Assembly: GCA_035686305.1 (NCBI GenBank)
Contig: DASRZP010000052.1
Coordinates: forward strand, 9,723 to 73,722
From: Thermodesulfovibrionales bacterium
Lineage (GTDB): Bacteria; Nitrospirota; Thermodesulfovibrionia; Thermodesulfovibrionales; UBA9159
DNA: 64,000 bases
Reading direction: 5' to 3'
In this document: in pieces, positions 53,372 through 63,375 of the stretch
Numbering within the stretch: position 1 is the first letter of the stretch
How the letters are laid out: each line of letters starts with the position of its first letter
Translations under genes and position numbers: made by a program
The notes under the pieces: model-generated
The model's input: the letters and a program-made list of their open reading frames with translations, nothing else
Told to the model about the DNA's origin: nothing
Databases searched by the model: none

Positions 53372-53932
53372 GTGATATCAACAGCCGAATTCCGGAAAGG
53401 TGGAAAGATAGAATACAAGGGGGAACCCGTCGAGATTATCGACTTCCAACATGTCAAGATGGGAAGAGGCGGAGCGATCGTCAGGACAAAGATGAAGAGC
53501 CTGAGGACCGGAAGTGTGCTCGAGGACACCTTCAGGTCAGGAGAAAAGTTCGAGACGCCCCAACTTGAGGAAAAGGCGATGCAGTACCTATACGCCGAAG
53601 GTGATATGCATTATTTCATGGATACCGAGACCTTTGAGCAGATACCGCTCTCGACGTCCCAGCTCGGTGACATCAAGAAATTCCTGAAGGAGAACATGAC
53701 CGTCAAGGTCCTGAACTACAAGGGAAAACCACTCACCGTGGAACTGCCTACCTTTGTCGAACTCATGGTCTCGAAGACCGACCCGGGTTATAAGGGCGAC
53801 ACTGCTTCAGGGGGGAGCAAGCCTGCAACCCTTGAGACAGGCGCTGTCGTGAAGGTCCCTTTCCACATTAATGAGGGGGATGTTATAAGGATCGACACAC
53901 GAACATCGGATTACATCGAGAGGGTCAAGTAA
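53372..53932 (+). CDS. efp: Elongation factor P (Arg at the loop-tip position)
   Basis: GTG start. [41 protein letters not shown]. Codon 32 (53465-53467) is AGA (Arg), where Lys-type EF-Ps have Lys. Confidence 0.93.
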   Translation: MISTAEFRKGGKIEYKGEPVEIIDFQHVKMGRGGAIVRTKMKSLRTGSVLEDTFRSGEKFETPQLEEKAMQYLYAEGDMHYFMDTETFEQIPLSTSQLGDIKKFLKENMTVKVLNYKGKPLTVELPTFVELMVSKTDPGYKGDTASGGSKPATLETGAVVKVPFHINEGDVIRIDTRTSDYIERVK

Positions 53933-54363
53933 TGGAGCTTGAAGACCTGAGAGAGCTTATATCCCTTCTGAAAGATACGGACATAACCGAACTCCAGATC
54001 GAGAAAGACGGGACGAAGGTGAAGATAAGGAGACAGACGCTTCTTTCCCCCATTGAAGTGCAGACAAAAATCCCCGTCTCTCCCGAGAAGGCCATGGAAG
54101 AGACCGGAGAGGAGATGCAGCGGCTCATGACCATCACCTCTCCCATCGTAGGGACCTTCTACCGGTCACCGTCTCCTGAGGCGCCTCCCTTTGTCGAAAA
54201 CGGCGCGAGGGTGAAAAAGGGAGAGGTTCTCTGCATCATTGAGGCGATGAAGCTTATGAACGAGATCGAGAGTGAGGTTGAGGGCATCGTCATGAGGAAT
54301 CTTGTGGAGAACGGTCAGCCTGTAGAATACGGAGAGCCTCTCTTTCTCATCGAGCCTGCTTAA
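53932..54363 (+). CDS. accB: Biotin carboxyl carrier protein of acetyl-CoA carboxylase
   Basis: C-terminal biotinyl domain with [10 protein letters not shown]. Confidence 0.93.
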   Translation: MELEDLRELISLLKDTDITELQIEKDGTKVKIRRQTLLSPIEVQTKIPVSPEKAMEETGEEMQRLMTITSPIVGTFYRSPSPEAPPFVENGARVKKGEVLCIIEAMKLMNEIESEVEGIVMRNLVENGQPVEYGEPLFLIEPA

Positions 54364-54405
54364 CGGCAAGGGCAGTAAGGCAAAGGTTAAGAATAAAGGT
54401 GAAGA

Positions 54406-55788
54406 ATGAAATCATTCAAGAAGATCCTCATCGCGAACAGGGGTGAGATCGCCGTAAGGATCATAAGGGCCTGCAGGGAGCTCGGCATAAAGACCGTCGC
54501 CATTTACTCGGACATCGAGAAAGATTCCATGCACGTCAGGCTTGCTGACGAGGCCGTATGCATCGGGCCTGCCGTATCAGCCCAGAGTTATCTCAATATC
54601 CCGGGGATTCTCAGCGCCGCTGAGATAACCGACTCTGAAGCGATACATCCAGGTTACGGTTTCCTCGCTGAGAACCCTCATTTTGCCGAGGCCTGCGCCA
54701 CCTCAGGAATAACATTCATCGGGCCCTCTTCCGAAAACATGAGGCTCGGCGGAGACAAGGCCAAGGCGAGGCAGATCATGAAGCGAAAGGGGATTCCCGT
54801 CGTTCCCGGTAGCGACGGTCCCGTTACTTCAGAGGAGATGCTCCTGAAGACCGCGAAGAAGACAGGGTTCCCCGTTATCCTCAAGGCCTCTGCAGGAGGG
54901 GGCGGCAAAGGGATGAGGATCGTTCATGAGGAGGGGACCCTTGAACAGGCCTTCCACCTCGCCCAGAGGGAAGCCCTTGCGGCCTTCGGGAACAGCGAGC
55001 TCTATATCGAGAAGTATATTCCCGTCATGAGGCACATCGAAGTCCAGATCATGGCAGACAGCAAAGGGAACATCATCCATCTCGGCGAGCGCGACTGTTC
55101 GGTCCAGAGGAGACATCAGAAGCTCATCGAAGAAGCCCCTTCTCCCTTTGCGACAGAGAAGTTTAGAAAGAAGATCGGCGAACTGGCAGTCAAAGCTGCA
55201 CGCGCCATGAAGTACAGGAATGTCGGCACAATAGAGTTCATTGTGGAGCCTGACGGAAGCATCTACTTTATGGAGATCAATACGAGGGTGCAGGTTGAGC
55301 ATCCCGTGACCGAGGCTGTTACCGGTATCGACATTATCAAGGAACAGATAAAGCTGGCAACCGGACTCCCCCTGGAGTATAAGCAGGGCAGCATAAAGCC
55401 CTCGGGCCATTCCATCGAATGCAGGATAAACGCGGAAGACCCCGAAAGGTTTATTCCTTCTCCCGGCAAGATAACCTTTTTCTATCAGCCCAGCGGTCCC
55501 GGCGTGAGGGTTGACACTGCTGCCTACAGCGGCTGGGTCGTCCCCTCGCAGTACGATTCCCTTATTGCAAAACTCATTGTCCACGGCAGGACGAGACAGG
55601 AGGCGATTATGAAGATGAAGAGCGCCCTCGACGGGTTCCTCATCGAAGGGATAAAGACGACCATCCCCTTTCACAGGAAGGTACTGAACCATCAGGACTT
55701 TGTCAGCGGAGACATTACGACGGGATTCATAGAGAAGATGGGTAATGGAGGCGCGGGGAACAACAAGGGGCAGGCTACGTCTGAATGA
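54406..55788 (+). CDS. accC: Biotin carboxylase
   Basis: [54 protein letters not shown]. Confidence 0.96.
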   Translation: MKSFKKILIANRGEIAVRIIRACRELGIKTVAIYSDIEKDSMHVRLADEAVCIGPAVSAQSYLNIPGILSAAEITDSEAIHPGYGFLAENPHFAEACATSGITFIGPSSENMRLGGDKAKARQIMKRKGIPVVPGSDGPVTSEEMLLKTAKKTGFPVILKASAGGGGKGMRIVHEEGTLEQAFHLAQREALAAFGNSELYIEKYIPVMRHIEVQIMADSKGNIIHLGERDCSVQRRHQKLIEEAPSPFATEKFRKKIGELAVKAARAMKYRNVGTIEFIVEPDGSIYFMEINTRVQVEHPVTEAVTGIDIIKEQIKLATGLPLEYKQGSIKPSGHSIECRINAEDPERFIPSPGKITFFYQPSGPGVRVDTAAYSGWVVPSQYDSLIAKLIVHGRTRQEAIMKMKSALDGFLIEGIKTTIPFHRKVLNHQDFVSGDITTGFIEKMGNGGAGNNKGQATSE

Positions 55789-56414
55789 CGCCGACCCCGA
55801 GGTTCCCATCAGGACTTTACCTCATTGCGGACAGGAAGGTCTCCGAGAAAAGTCCTGAGGAGATTGTCCTCCCTGCTCTTAAGGCGGGGATCCGTTGGGT
55901 TCAATACCGGGAGAAGGAGAAATCGAGGAGGGACATCTATGGGGAGGCCCTGCGGCTGCGGCAGATGACCGGAGATTTCTGCGCCGTCTTCATCGTGAAC
56001 GATCATGTCGATATCGCCGTTGCCGTGGAGGCTGACGGCGTGCACCTCGGGCAGGAGGACCTGCCTCTCGCCGAGGCGCGCAGGGTAGCGGGCGAAAAGA
56101 TCATCGGGATATCGACTCACTCATTAACAGAGGCTGAAGAGGCCGCCCGCGGAGGAGCTGACTATATCGGGTTCGGCCCCGTCTTTCTTACGAAGACAAA
56201 GGACGCAGGTGAGCCGAAGGGAATAGAGATGCTGAGAAAGGTCAGAAGGAGCGTCCATATCCCCATTGTCGCCATTGGCGGCATCTCAAGGGATACCCTG
56301 AGGCCGGTCCTTGATTCGGGGGTGAATGCTGTGGCTGTAGCCTCTGCGATCCTCAGCGGTGATATCTCTGGGAATATTGAGGCTTTCATGAACGTCATTG
56401 GGGGAGGTGCATGA
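55785..56414 (+). CDS. thiE: Thiamine-phosphate synthase
   Basis: LYLIADR..., [43 protein letters not shown] overlap with accC. Confidence 0.88.
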   Translation: MTPTPRFPSGLYLIADRKVSEKSPEEIVLPALKAGIRWVQYREKEKSRRDIYGEALRLRQMTGDFCAVFIVNDHVDIAVAVEADGVHLGQEDLPLAEARRVAGEKIIGISTHSLTEAEEAARGGADYIGFGPVFLTKTKDAGEPKGIEMLRKVRRSVHIPIVAIGGISRDTLRPVLDSGVNAVAVASAILSGDISGNIEAFMNVIGGGA

Positions 56415-57100
56415 TTATGCCTGATACCAGAGACAAGAAGAAGGTTCTGATACAGAAAGAAGTGGTCATTAATGAGATTATTAAGGCCATCGCCCTTGAT
56501 ATCAGCGAAGAAGAGATGTATATCGCTGCCTCAACAGAGTTCCTTTCCGGGGCAATCCTCGATATCCGTTTCGAGATTGAAGGGACACCTGTCCGTGTGA
56601 AAGCGATAGTGAAGCAATCGGATCCTGGGATCGGAGCCGGCGTGAAATTCCTCAACCTCTCCCCGGAGAACTTTGCTTTGATCAGGAAGTTCATTGAGAA
56701 GGCCATCACGGTGACAGCAGAAAAAAAGGAGAAGAAGATCCTTCTCGTCGACGACAGCTCACAATCGAGGGCCATATACCGGAGTAGGCTGGCCCTTGAG
56801 GATTTCTCGGTCATCGAGGCCTCAAATGGTCTTGAGGCCCTTAAGTCTCTCCAGGAGATGAAGCCCGACCTCGTGGTCCTTGATCTGTGGATGGAGGGTA
56901 TAGACGGCTTTAAGATCCTCCAGCTCATTCAGTTAAACCCGAATCTGAAGGAGGTCCCGGTAATCGTCCTCTCAGCGAGAAGCGTCCTTTCGGACATCCA
57001 GAAGGCCATGTCTCTGGGAGCAAAGGACTTTCTGCCGAAGGTGACGACGACGCCGGTGAAACTTGCCCAGAGGGTCAAGGAGATTCTGTCGGGAAAGTAA
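56411..57100 (+). CDS. PilZ-like domain fused to a response-regulator receiver domain
   Basis: The N-terminal ~100 aa has a PilZ-like layout (TRDKKK ... LDISEEEMYI ... VKAIVKQSD...GAGVKFLNLS). The C-terminal REC has KILLVDDS, LVVLDLWMEGIDG, VIVLSA and AKDFLPK. Confidence 0.7.
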   Translation: MIMPDTRDKKKVLIQKEVVINEIIKAIALDISEEEMYIAASTEFLSGAILDIRFEIEGTPVRVKAIVKQSDPGIGAGVKFLNLSPENFALIRKFIEKAITVTAEKKEKKILLVDDSSQSRAIYRSRLALEDFSVIEASNGLEALKSLQEMKPDLVVLDLWMEGIDGFKILQLIQLNPNLKEVPVIVLSARSVLSDIQKAMSLGAKDFLPKVTTTPVKLAQRVKEILSGK

Positions 57101-57357
57101 ATCTTAATGGTGCGAACAACTGTCAAGCAGGTGCGGATCGAAGCCCCGTACATGAGATGAGATTCCGGCAACGAGGTGCTTCGAGGATCGTAATAACCGA
57201 ACGTGACCTCGCGCGTTGAGCACGCGACCGCGGTCGGCAGCCATCAACGGTATCGCAATACAAGGCTTCTCGCCAGGCCTGCCTTCCCGGGGGAGATGGT
57301 TTTTCGCAACGGGAAAGTAAACTACGTTCTCGATCATATCAGGAAAGGGAGGATCGA

Positions 57358-58476
57358 ATGAAGAAAAGGCTAACGGTGCTCCTGCTTCTTCTCTTTCTGC
57401 CGGTATCCTTTGGGTGCCAGAAAAAAGAAGATGTCATTACGGTAGGGATTGCCGGTCCCATGACCGGTGATCAAGCAAAGATGGGTACCGATTTCAGAAA
57501 TGGCGTGACCCTCGCAGCAAAGGAATGGAATGGAAGGGGAGGGATCCTCGGTAAAAAGATTCTCCTGTCTGTTGTTGATGACCAGCACGATCCGAAGCAG
57601 GCGGTTTCGGTCGCCAATAAATTGGTAAACGAAGGCGTGGCAGGTGTGATCGGCCACTTCAACTCAAGCTGCTCGATCCCTGCTTCTGACGTATACCACC
57701 GTGCAGGCGTGCCGATGATAACGCCTGCGTCCACAAATCCCCAGCTTACGGAAAAGGGGTATACCAACGTCTTCCGGGTCTGCGGTAGGGACGACCAGCA
57801 GGGCAGGGCGGCTGCCGACTTCGTGACGACGCATCTAAAATTCAGGCACATTGCCATAATCCATGACAAGACCACATACGGTCAGGGGCTCGCTGACGAG
57901 TTCAAAAAAGCTCTGAGCGGCAGGGCAGATGTTGTCTACTATGGGGGCGTTATCCAGGGAGACAAGGATTTCAAGACCGTGCTGACTTCGATAAAAGAGA
58001 TGAAGCCCGAACTCATCTACTTCGGAGGAATTTATCCTGAGGCAGGCCTCCTTGTCAAACAGGCGAGGGAGCTGGGAATTACAGCGCCTTTCATGAGCGG
58101 TGACGGCACAATAGACCCGAAATTTATCGAGATTGCCGGTGCCAAGGCGGCCGAAGGCACCTATCTTACCTTCAGTCCCGATGCCAGGCGAATACCCACT
58201 GCCAAGTCCTTCATCGAAACCTATGAAAAGGAATTCGGCGAACCAGGCCCTTATTCGGTATATGCCTATGATGCAGCGAATATTCTCTTTACGGCACTCA
58301 GGGAGGCAGGGAATGCTGAAGGCAGGGCAGTCGCAGCCAAGCTCCATTCCCTCGAGTTCTCAGGCGCCCTCGGGAAGATACGGTTTGATGAAAAGGGAGA
58401 CGTGACGGTCTCACCCTACGTCGTTTGGATAACAAGGGACGGCAAGTTTTTTGAATACTGGAAGCCCGGACAATAA
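57358..58476 (+). CDS. livJ: Branched-chain amino-acid ABC transporter substrate-binding lipoprotein (LivJ/K family)
   Basis: Lipobox VSFGC. ITVGIAGPMTGDQAKMG, VVDDQHDPKQAV, VIGHFNSS. Confidence 0.88.
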   Translation: MKKRLTVLLLLLFLPVSFGCQKKEDVITVGIAGPMTGDQAKMGTDFRNGVTLAAKEWNGRGGILGKKILLSVVDDQHDPKQAVSVANKLVNEGVAGVIGHFNSSCSIPASDVYHRAGVPMITPASTNPQLTEKGYTNVFRVCGRDDQQGRAAADFVTTHLKFRHIAIIHDKTTYGQGLADEFKKALSGRADVVYYGGVIQGDKDFKTVLTSIKEMKPELIYFGGIYPEAGLLVKQARELGITAPFMSGDGTIDPKFIEIAGAKAAEGTYLTFSPDARRIPTAKSFIETYEKEFGEPGPYSVYAYDAANILFTALREAGNAEGRAVAAKLHSLEFSGALGKIRFDEKGDVTVSPYVVWITRDGKFFEYWKPGQ

Positions 58477-58479
58477 CGA

Positions 58480-60504
58480 ATGGGGATCGACCTCATAGAC
58501 ATCGGCTCGCTGAGCGAACTGAGGGACTGCGTCACAGGTCTGACGAACCTTGACCTGTCCGTGTACGACGAGAACGGTAATATCCTTATCCTCCCCACCA
58601 CAGAAGATCCTGCAGCCCTCATAAGCAGGGATGAATACCAGCATTTCGTCAGGGGGTGTTTGGAGAAGACGATTCACCGGAAGAGGCTTTCTCTTTTCAG
58701 AGGTTTTGCGAACCAGTACCAATGTTTTTTCCCGGTAAAGGCCGGAGACCGGTGGCTGGTGTTTGCGGGGAAATCATTTTATATCCGTGAAAAGGACCGG
58801 CGGGATTTTCTTGATTCGAAGGCTTCCCTCTATGGACGGGAGGAAGAGATGGGCGCGCGGACAGCGGGGATAGGGGTGCGCGATATCAGGACCGTCTCTC
58901 CATCGTACGGAAAGGCGCAGCGGATCTTTGATCTTTTTGTAGCAAACTCATACCAGCAGAATCTTGTGGTCAGGAAGTACCGGAGGACGAGGACGATTAC
59001 GGACCTCCTCCTCGATATCGATCAGACGACGGATGAGGGGAAGGTCTTTGAACTCCTCGCCGATACGGTGATCATGCTCTTCGGCGGAGACACGGTTTCC
59101 GTGATGAAACCGTCTGGTGAGACGGTTAAGGCTGTGCTGACGACAGGCAGGCTGAAGGAGCATGTCGAGAAGATTGCGCTGAAGACCGAAAGCGTCTTCA
59201 TGAAAGCTGCGATGAAGAGCCAGAAGCCCCTCCTCTGTTCGGAGACGATCGAGCTTCTGCGTTTGGGCTATCCCGATATCATTACCTCGCTCCACGTCTT
59301 CCCCCTGTCGGCAAGGGGTGAGACCTTCGGGGTCCTCGCCCTTTTCAACTCCTCCTTCACCGAAGACGAGCTCGAAGGCATAACAAAGCTCTGCAGTTTC
59401 ATGAGCTTCATTGTGAGAAACCTTAGGTCCCTTTCTGAATATGAGCGATGCATCCGGGATCTGGCAGCCCTCAATTTCTCCGCATCAAAGCTGAGTCCTG
59501 CCTTGAAAAGTAAGGAAGTCCTCTATGAGTCTATTGTTGAGATTTCCTCGAGGCTCGTCAATGTTGAAAAGGCATCTCTCATGCTTCCTGAAAAGGATAG
59601 ACAGGAGCTTTTCATAAAGGCTGTGAAGGGCATTAACAAATGGCTTGCGAGGAATATTCGCGTGAGGGTGGGCGAAGGAATCGCCGGCAGGGTTTACCAT
59701 GAGGGGAAACCGCTCCTCGTCTCGGATATCGAAAAGAATCTCTCGACGAAAAAGCGGGCGCGCTACAGGACAGGCTCCTTTATCAGCATCCCGCTGAAGA
59801 TCGGGGACGAAACGATCGGGGTCCTCAACGTCGCCGATAAAGTGAGCGGCGAGATCTTTACCGAAACAGACGTTGAGTTTTTGCGCTATTTCGCTTCTTA
59901 CGCATCCGTTGTCCTGCGCGGGGCTCATTATTACCAGGTGTCAAACCATATGAGGACGCTCTCCATCACCGACTCCCTCACCGGCCTGTTCAACAGGAGG
60001 TATTTTGATGACCGTCTCTTTGAAGAGCTCCAGCGTTCGGTCCGGTATAATACGCCTTTCTCTCTCGCCATCTTGGACATCGACAATTTCAAGGAGTTCA
60101 ATGATACCGAGGGCCACGTGGCGGGCGACGAGGCCCTGAAGACCGTTGCGAACATAACGCGGGAATCGCTCAGGTCCATTGATATCCTCTCAAGGTTCGG
60201 CGGGGAGGAATTTTCTGTCATCATGCCCCAGACCGATAAGGATGAGGCATTTCTCGTTGCCGAGAGGGTGAGGAAGAATGTCAGGGACCTCCTACCGGCA
60301 AGCTGGAGGAGGTTCCCCTATGAGCGGATGACGGTGAGTATAGGTATTGCGACCTTTCCTGATGACGGCAAAGATGCGAAGACCATGGTCCGGAACGCCG
60401 ACAAGGCCCTCTATCGGGCGAAACTGAGCGGCAAGGACTGCACGATCGAGTACAGTCATCTCGACACCGACCTCCGCGAATCGCATTCACGGGACAGCGC
60501 CTGA
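58480..60504 (+). CDS. Sensory diguanylate cyclase: N-terminal sensor region, GAF domain(s) and GGDEF
   Basis: GGEEF active site at 60199-60213, with an RxxD I-site (RSID, 60172-60183) five residues upstream. GAF-like GEGIAGRVYHEGKPLLVSDI...SFISIPLKIGDETIGVLNV. DSLTGLFNRRYF linker motif. Confidence 0.88.
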   Translation: MGIDLIDIGSLSELRDCVTGLTNLDLSVYDENGNILILPTTEDPAALISRDEYQHFVRGCLEKTIHRKRLSLFRGFANQYQCFFPVKAGDRWLVFAGKSFYIREKDRRDFLDSKASLYGREEEMGARTAGIGVRDIRTVSPSYGKAQRIFDLFVANSYQQNLVVRKYRRTRTITDLLLDIDQTTDEGKVFELLADTVIMLFGGDTVSVMKPSGETVKAVLTTGRLKEHVEKIALKTESVFMKAAMKSQKPLLCSETIELLRLGYPDIITSLHVFPLSARGETFGVLALFNSSFTEDELEGITKLCSFMSFIVRNLRSLSEYERCIRDLAALNFSASKLSPALKSKEVLYESIVEISSRLVNVEKASLMLPEKDRQELFIKAVKGINKWLARNIRVRVGEGIAGRVYHEGKPLLVSDIEKNLSTKKRARYRTGSFISIPLKIGDETIGVLNVADKVSGEIFTETDVEFLRYFASYASVVLRGAHYYQVSNHMRTLSITDSLTGLFNRRYFDDRLFEELQRSVRYNTPFSLAILDIDNFKEFNDTEGHVAGDEALKTVANITRESLRSIDILSRFGGEEFSVIMPQTDKDEAFLVAERVRKNVRDLLPASWRRFPYERMTVSIGIATFPDDGKDAKTMVRNADKALYRAKLSGKDCTIEYSHLDTDLRESHSRDSA

Positions 60505-60513
60505 ACCCCATCC

Positions 60514-61416
60514 ATGGTCTTTCAGCAGCTCATAAATGGATTGACCGTCGGAGCTGTGTATTCGCTGATAGCGCTGGGATACACCATGGTCTATGGGATC
60601 CTTGAGCTTATCAATTTTGCCCATGGCGAAATCTATATGCTCGGGGCCTATCTCGGTATTATCTTCTTCGGTTTTTTTACTGCTGCAGGGCTTACGGCTT
60701 ACAGTCTCCCACTGTCGCTGCTCCTCACCCTCGTCCTGTCGGTTCTCTTCTGTTCGGCCTACGGGTTTACGATGGAGAAGATCGCTTACAGGCCTTTAAG
60801 AAATGCGCCCAGACTCAGCCCACTCATAAGCGCCATCGGTATGTCCATCTTCCTCCAGAACTACGTTATGCTGACGCAGGGTGCAACGGACAAGGTCTTC
60901 CCCAACCTTTTCGGGTCGTCAGGCTTCAGTCTCTTCGGCGCCCGTATCACCGCTGTCCAGACGATGATCATCATCGTCTCCTGCATTATGATGGTGTCGC
61001 TCCATATGTTTGTGACGAGGACGACGATGGGAACGGCGATGCGGGCCGTCGCCCAGGACAAGGTCATGGCTTCCCTCCTCGGTATCAACATCGATGCCGT
61101 CATTTCCATGACCTTTGTCATCGGTTCCGGTCTTGCAGCGATCGCAGGCATCATGATCGCACTCTATTACGGCCTGGTAAATTATTCCATAGGATACGTG
61201 GCAGGGATCAAGGCCTTTACTGCCGCTGTCCTCGGAGGTATCGGGAGTATCCCCGGCGCAATGTTCGGCGGCCTCTTCCTGGGCTTTGTCGAGAGCATGG
61301 GTGCGAGTTACATCTCGAGCGAGTACAAGGATGCCTATGCCTTCCTGATCCTTATCGCCGTGCTCCTCATAAGGCCGGCAGGGATCCTCGGAAAGACGAC
61401 TGAGGAGAAGGTCTAG
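60514..61416 (+). CDS. livH: Branched-chain amino-acid ABC transporter permease LivH
   Basis: QQLINGLTVGAVYSLIALGYTMVYG...NFAHGE motif; multi-TM. Confidence 0.92.
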   Translation: MVFQQLINGLTVGAVYSLIALGYTMVYGILELINFAHGEIYMLGAYLGIIFFGFFTAAGLTAYSLPLSLLLTLVLSVLFCSAYGFTMEKIAYRPLRNAPRLSPLISAIGMSIFLQNYVMLTQGATDKVFPNLFGSSGFSLFGARITAVQTMIIIVSCIMMVSLHMFVTRTTMGTAMRAVAQDKVMASLLGINIDAVISMTFVIGSGLAAIAGIMIALYYGLVNYSIGYVAGIKAFTAAVLGGIGSIPGAMFGGLFLGFVESMGASYISSEYKDAYAFLILIAVLLIRPAGILGKTTEEKV

Positions 61417-61448
61417 AGAGATACGATGAAGGGCATGGTACAGGATAG

Positions 61449-62576
61449 ATGAGCGCTATGAAGGGGCTAAACCAGTTCTTCTTCGTCCTCTGGTTCTCGA
61501 TACTCTTTCTCCCCTTTACGGGAATAAAGGCCTCTCTCATGCTCTTCACGCTTCTCTCCAGCTGCGTCCTTTTGTTCAGGGTTTTCATGAAGTACGGAAA
61601 GGGAGTTCGCGAAGGGGTGCGCCGTTTGAGGAAACGGATGGATGGAGTGAAAATGAACCCCTCAACGCGACCCATCGTCTTCTCTCTCCTGGCTGGTTGT
61701 CTTTTCTGTCTGCCCTTCATTGCGCAAAATTATCTCCTTGATATCTCGATCCTTGCCGGCATCTACGCTATACTCGCCCTCGGACTGAATATCGTTGTCG
61801 GTTTCACCGGTCTCCTCAATCTCGGATACGTGGCATTTTATGCCCTTGGAGCATATACGTATGCACTTCTTAACGTAAAGGTGGGCCTCGGATTCTGGCA
61901 GGCCCTGCCCCTTGGTATCGGGCTGACGGGATTGGCAGGCTTCATCCTTGGCGTGCCGGCCCTGCGGTTAAAAGGTGATTACCTCGCGATCGTAACCCTG
62001 GGATTCGGCGAGATCGTCCGCCTCGTGCTGAATAACTGGGACTCCCTCACGAACGGTCCGAACGGCGTCTCAGGCATTTCTCCTCCCTATCTCTTTGGTA
62101 TGCCCCTCGGCATCCTGAACAGGTATTACTACCTCGTCCTCCTGGCACTGATCGTGACCTATGGTGTCGTTGGACGTGTTCATGAATCAAAGATCGGACG
62201 GGCGTGGATAGCCATAAGGGAAGATGAGATATCAGCCTCCACCATGGGGATAAACACAACGAGATATAGACTCTATGCCCTTGTCTTCGGTTCATTGTGG
62301 GCAGGACTTGCAGGAGCGCTCTTTGCCGCAAAGATGCAGTTTGTTTCACCGGAGAGTTTTACCTTTATGGAATCTGTTCTTATCCTCTCCATGGTGATCC
62401 TCGGGGGATTGGGGAGTCTGCCCGGTGTTGTTGTCGGCGCGGTCATTCTTGTTATGCTGCCCGAAGTCCTCAGAGAGGTCCAGTCTTACCGTATGATCGC
62501 CCTCAGTGTCGGACTGATTGCGATGATGATATTCAGGCCTCAGGGACTCCTCGGCGGCCTCGCAAAGGGAAGATAA
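61449..62576 (+). CDS. livM: Branched-chain amino-acid ABC transporter permease LivM
   Basis: LALGLNIVVGFTGLLNLGYVAFYALGAY, GDYLAIVTLGFGEI, ED.ISASTMGIN. Confidence 0.9.
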   Translation: MSAMKGLNQFFFVLWFSILFLPFTGIKASLMLFTLLSSCVLLFRVFMKYGKGVREGVRRLRKRMDGVKMNPSTRPIVFSLLAGCLFCLPFIAQNYLLDISILAGIYAILALGLNIVVGFTGLLNLGYVAFYALGAYTYALLNVKVGLGFWQALPLGIGLTGLAGFILGVPALRLKGDYLAIVTLGFGEIVRLVLNNWDSLTNGPNGVSGISPPYLFGMPLGILNRYYYLVLLALIVTYGVVGRVHESKIGRAWIAIREDEISASTMGINTTRYRLYALVFGSLWAGLAGALFAAKMQFVSPESFTFMESVLILSMVILGGLGSLPGVVVGAVILVMLPEVLREVQSYRMIALSVGLIAMMIFRPQGLLGGLAKGR

Positions 62577-62612
62577 TATGCGTTGCAGGATGCATACTCG
62601 GAGGCCCATGCC

Positions 62613-63368
62613 ATGTACCTCCTAGATGTCAGAGGTCTGACGAAACACTTTGGCGGGATCAGGGCGATCGAGGACGTGAGCTTCAGGGTGCGCGAGGGCT
62701 CTATCGTGAGCATCATAGGTCCGAATGGCGCTGGCAAGACGACCCTGTTCAACTGTCTCACCGGGCTCACAAAGCCGACAAAGGGAGAGGTCCACCTGTC
62801 TGACGCTGCCATAACCGGCCTTCCGTCCTACCGTGTCGTCGCCCTCGGCGTGGCCAGGACATTTCAGAACATACGGCTGTTCAGAGAGATGACCGTTCTC
62901 GACAATGTCCTCGTTTCCCAACATCTAAAGATCAGGTCGGGACTCGTAGCCGCAGTCATACGGGGGAAGGAGTTTCTTTCTGAAGAGAAGACGGCAAGGG
63001 AGAAGGCCTTTGAGTATCTCGATTTCGTCGGGCTCAGTGATTCGGCCCATATCGTCTCCTCGAATCTCCCCTATGGTGACCAGAGGCGTCTCGAGATCGC
63101 GAGGGCGCTGGCGACGGAACCCGTTCTCCTGCTCCTTGACGAGCCGACGGCAGGCATGAATCCCCAGGAGACGGGGGAGCTTATGGAGATTATCAAGAGA
63201 CTCCAGAGGCTCGGCAAGACCATCGTCCTCATCGAACATGATATGAAGGTCGTCATGGGGATATCGGAGACGATCGTTGTCCTTGACCACGGAGTGAAGA
63301 TTGCCGAAGGGAATCCCGAAGAGATCAGGAACGATCCGATGGTTATAGAGGCCTATCTCGGTGGATAG
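62613..63368 (+). CDS. livG: Branched-chain amino-acid ABC transporter ATP-binding protein LivG
   Basis: Walker A GPNGAGKTT, signature-region LPYGDQRRLEIARAL, Walker B LLLLDEPTAGM. ATG at 62613, 7 nt after GGAGG. Confidence 0.92.
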   Translation: MYLLDVRGLTKHFGGIRAIEDVSFRVREGSIVSIIGPNGAGKTTLFNCLTGLTKPTKGEVHLSDAAITGLPSYRVVALGVARTFQNIRLFREMTVLDNVLVSQHLKIRSGLVAAVIRGKEFLSEEKTAREKAFEYLDFVGLSDSAHIVSSNLPYGDQRRLEIARALATEPVLLLLDEPTAGMNPQETGELMEIIKRLQRLGKTIVLIEHDMKVVMGISETIVVLDHGVKIAEGNPEEIRNDPMVIEAYLGG

Positions 63369-63375
63369 ATCCGGC

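Noticed and set aside
54829-55809. 326-aa minus-strand ORF antisense to accC. Similar long antisense ORFs occur in coaBC (49567-50268, 49616-50233), roadblock/aroQ (51240-52046), infB (35223-35930), tig (30503-31200) and pilQ.
   Set aside because: Each is antisense to a highly conserved, motif-rich gene, and their translations have no recognisable features.
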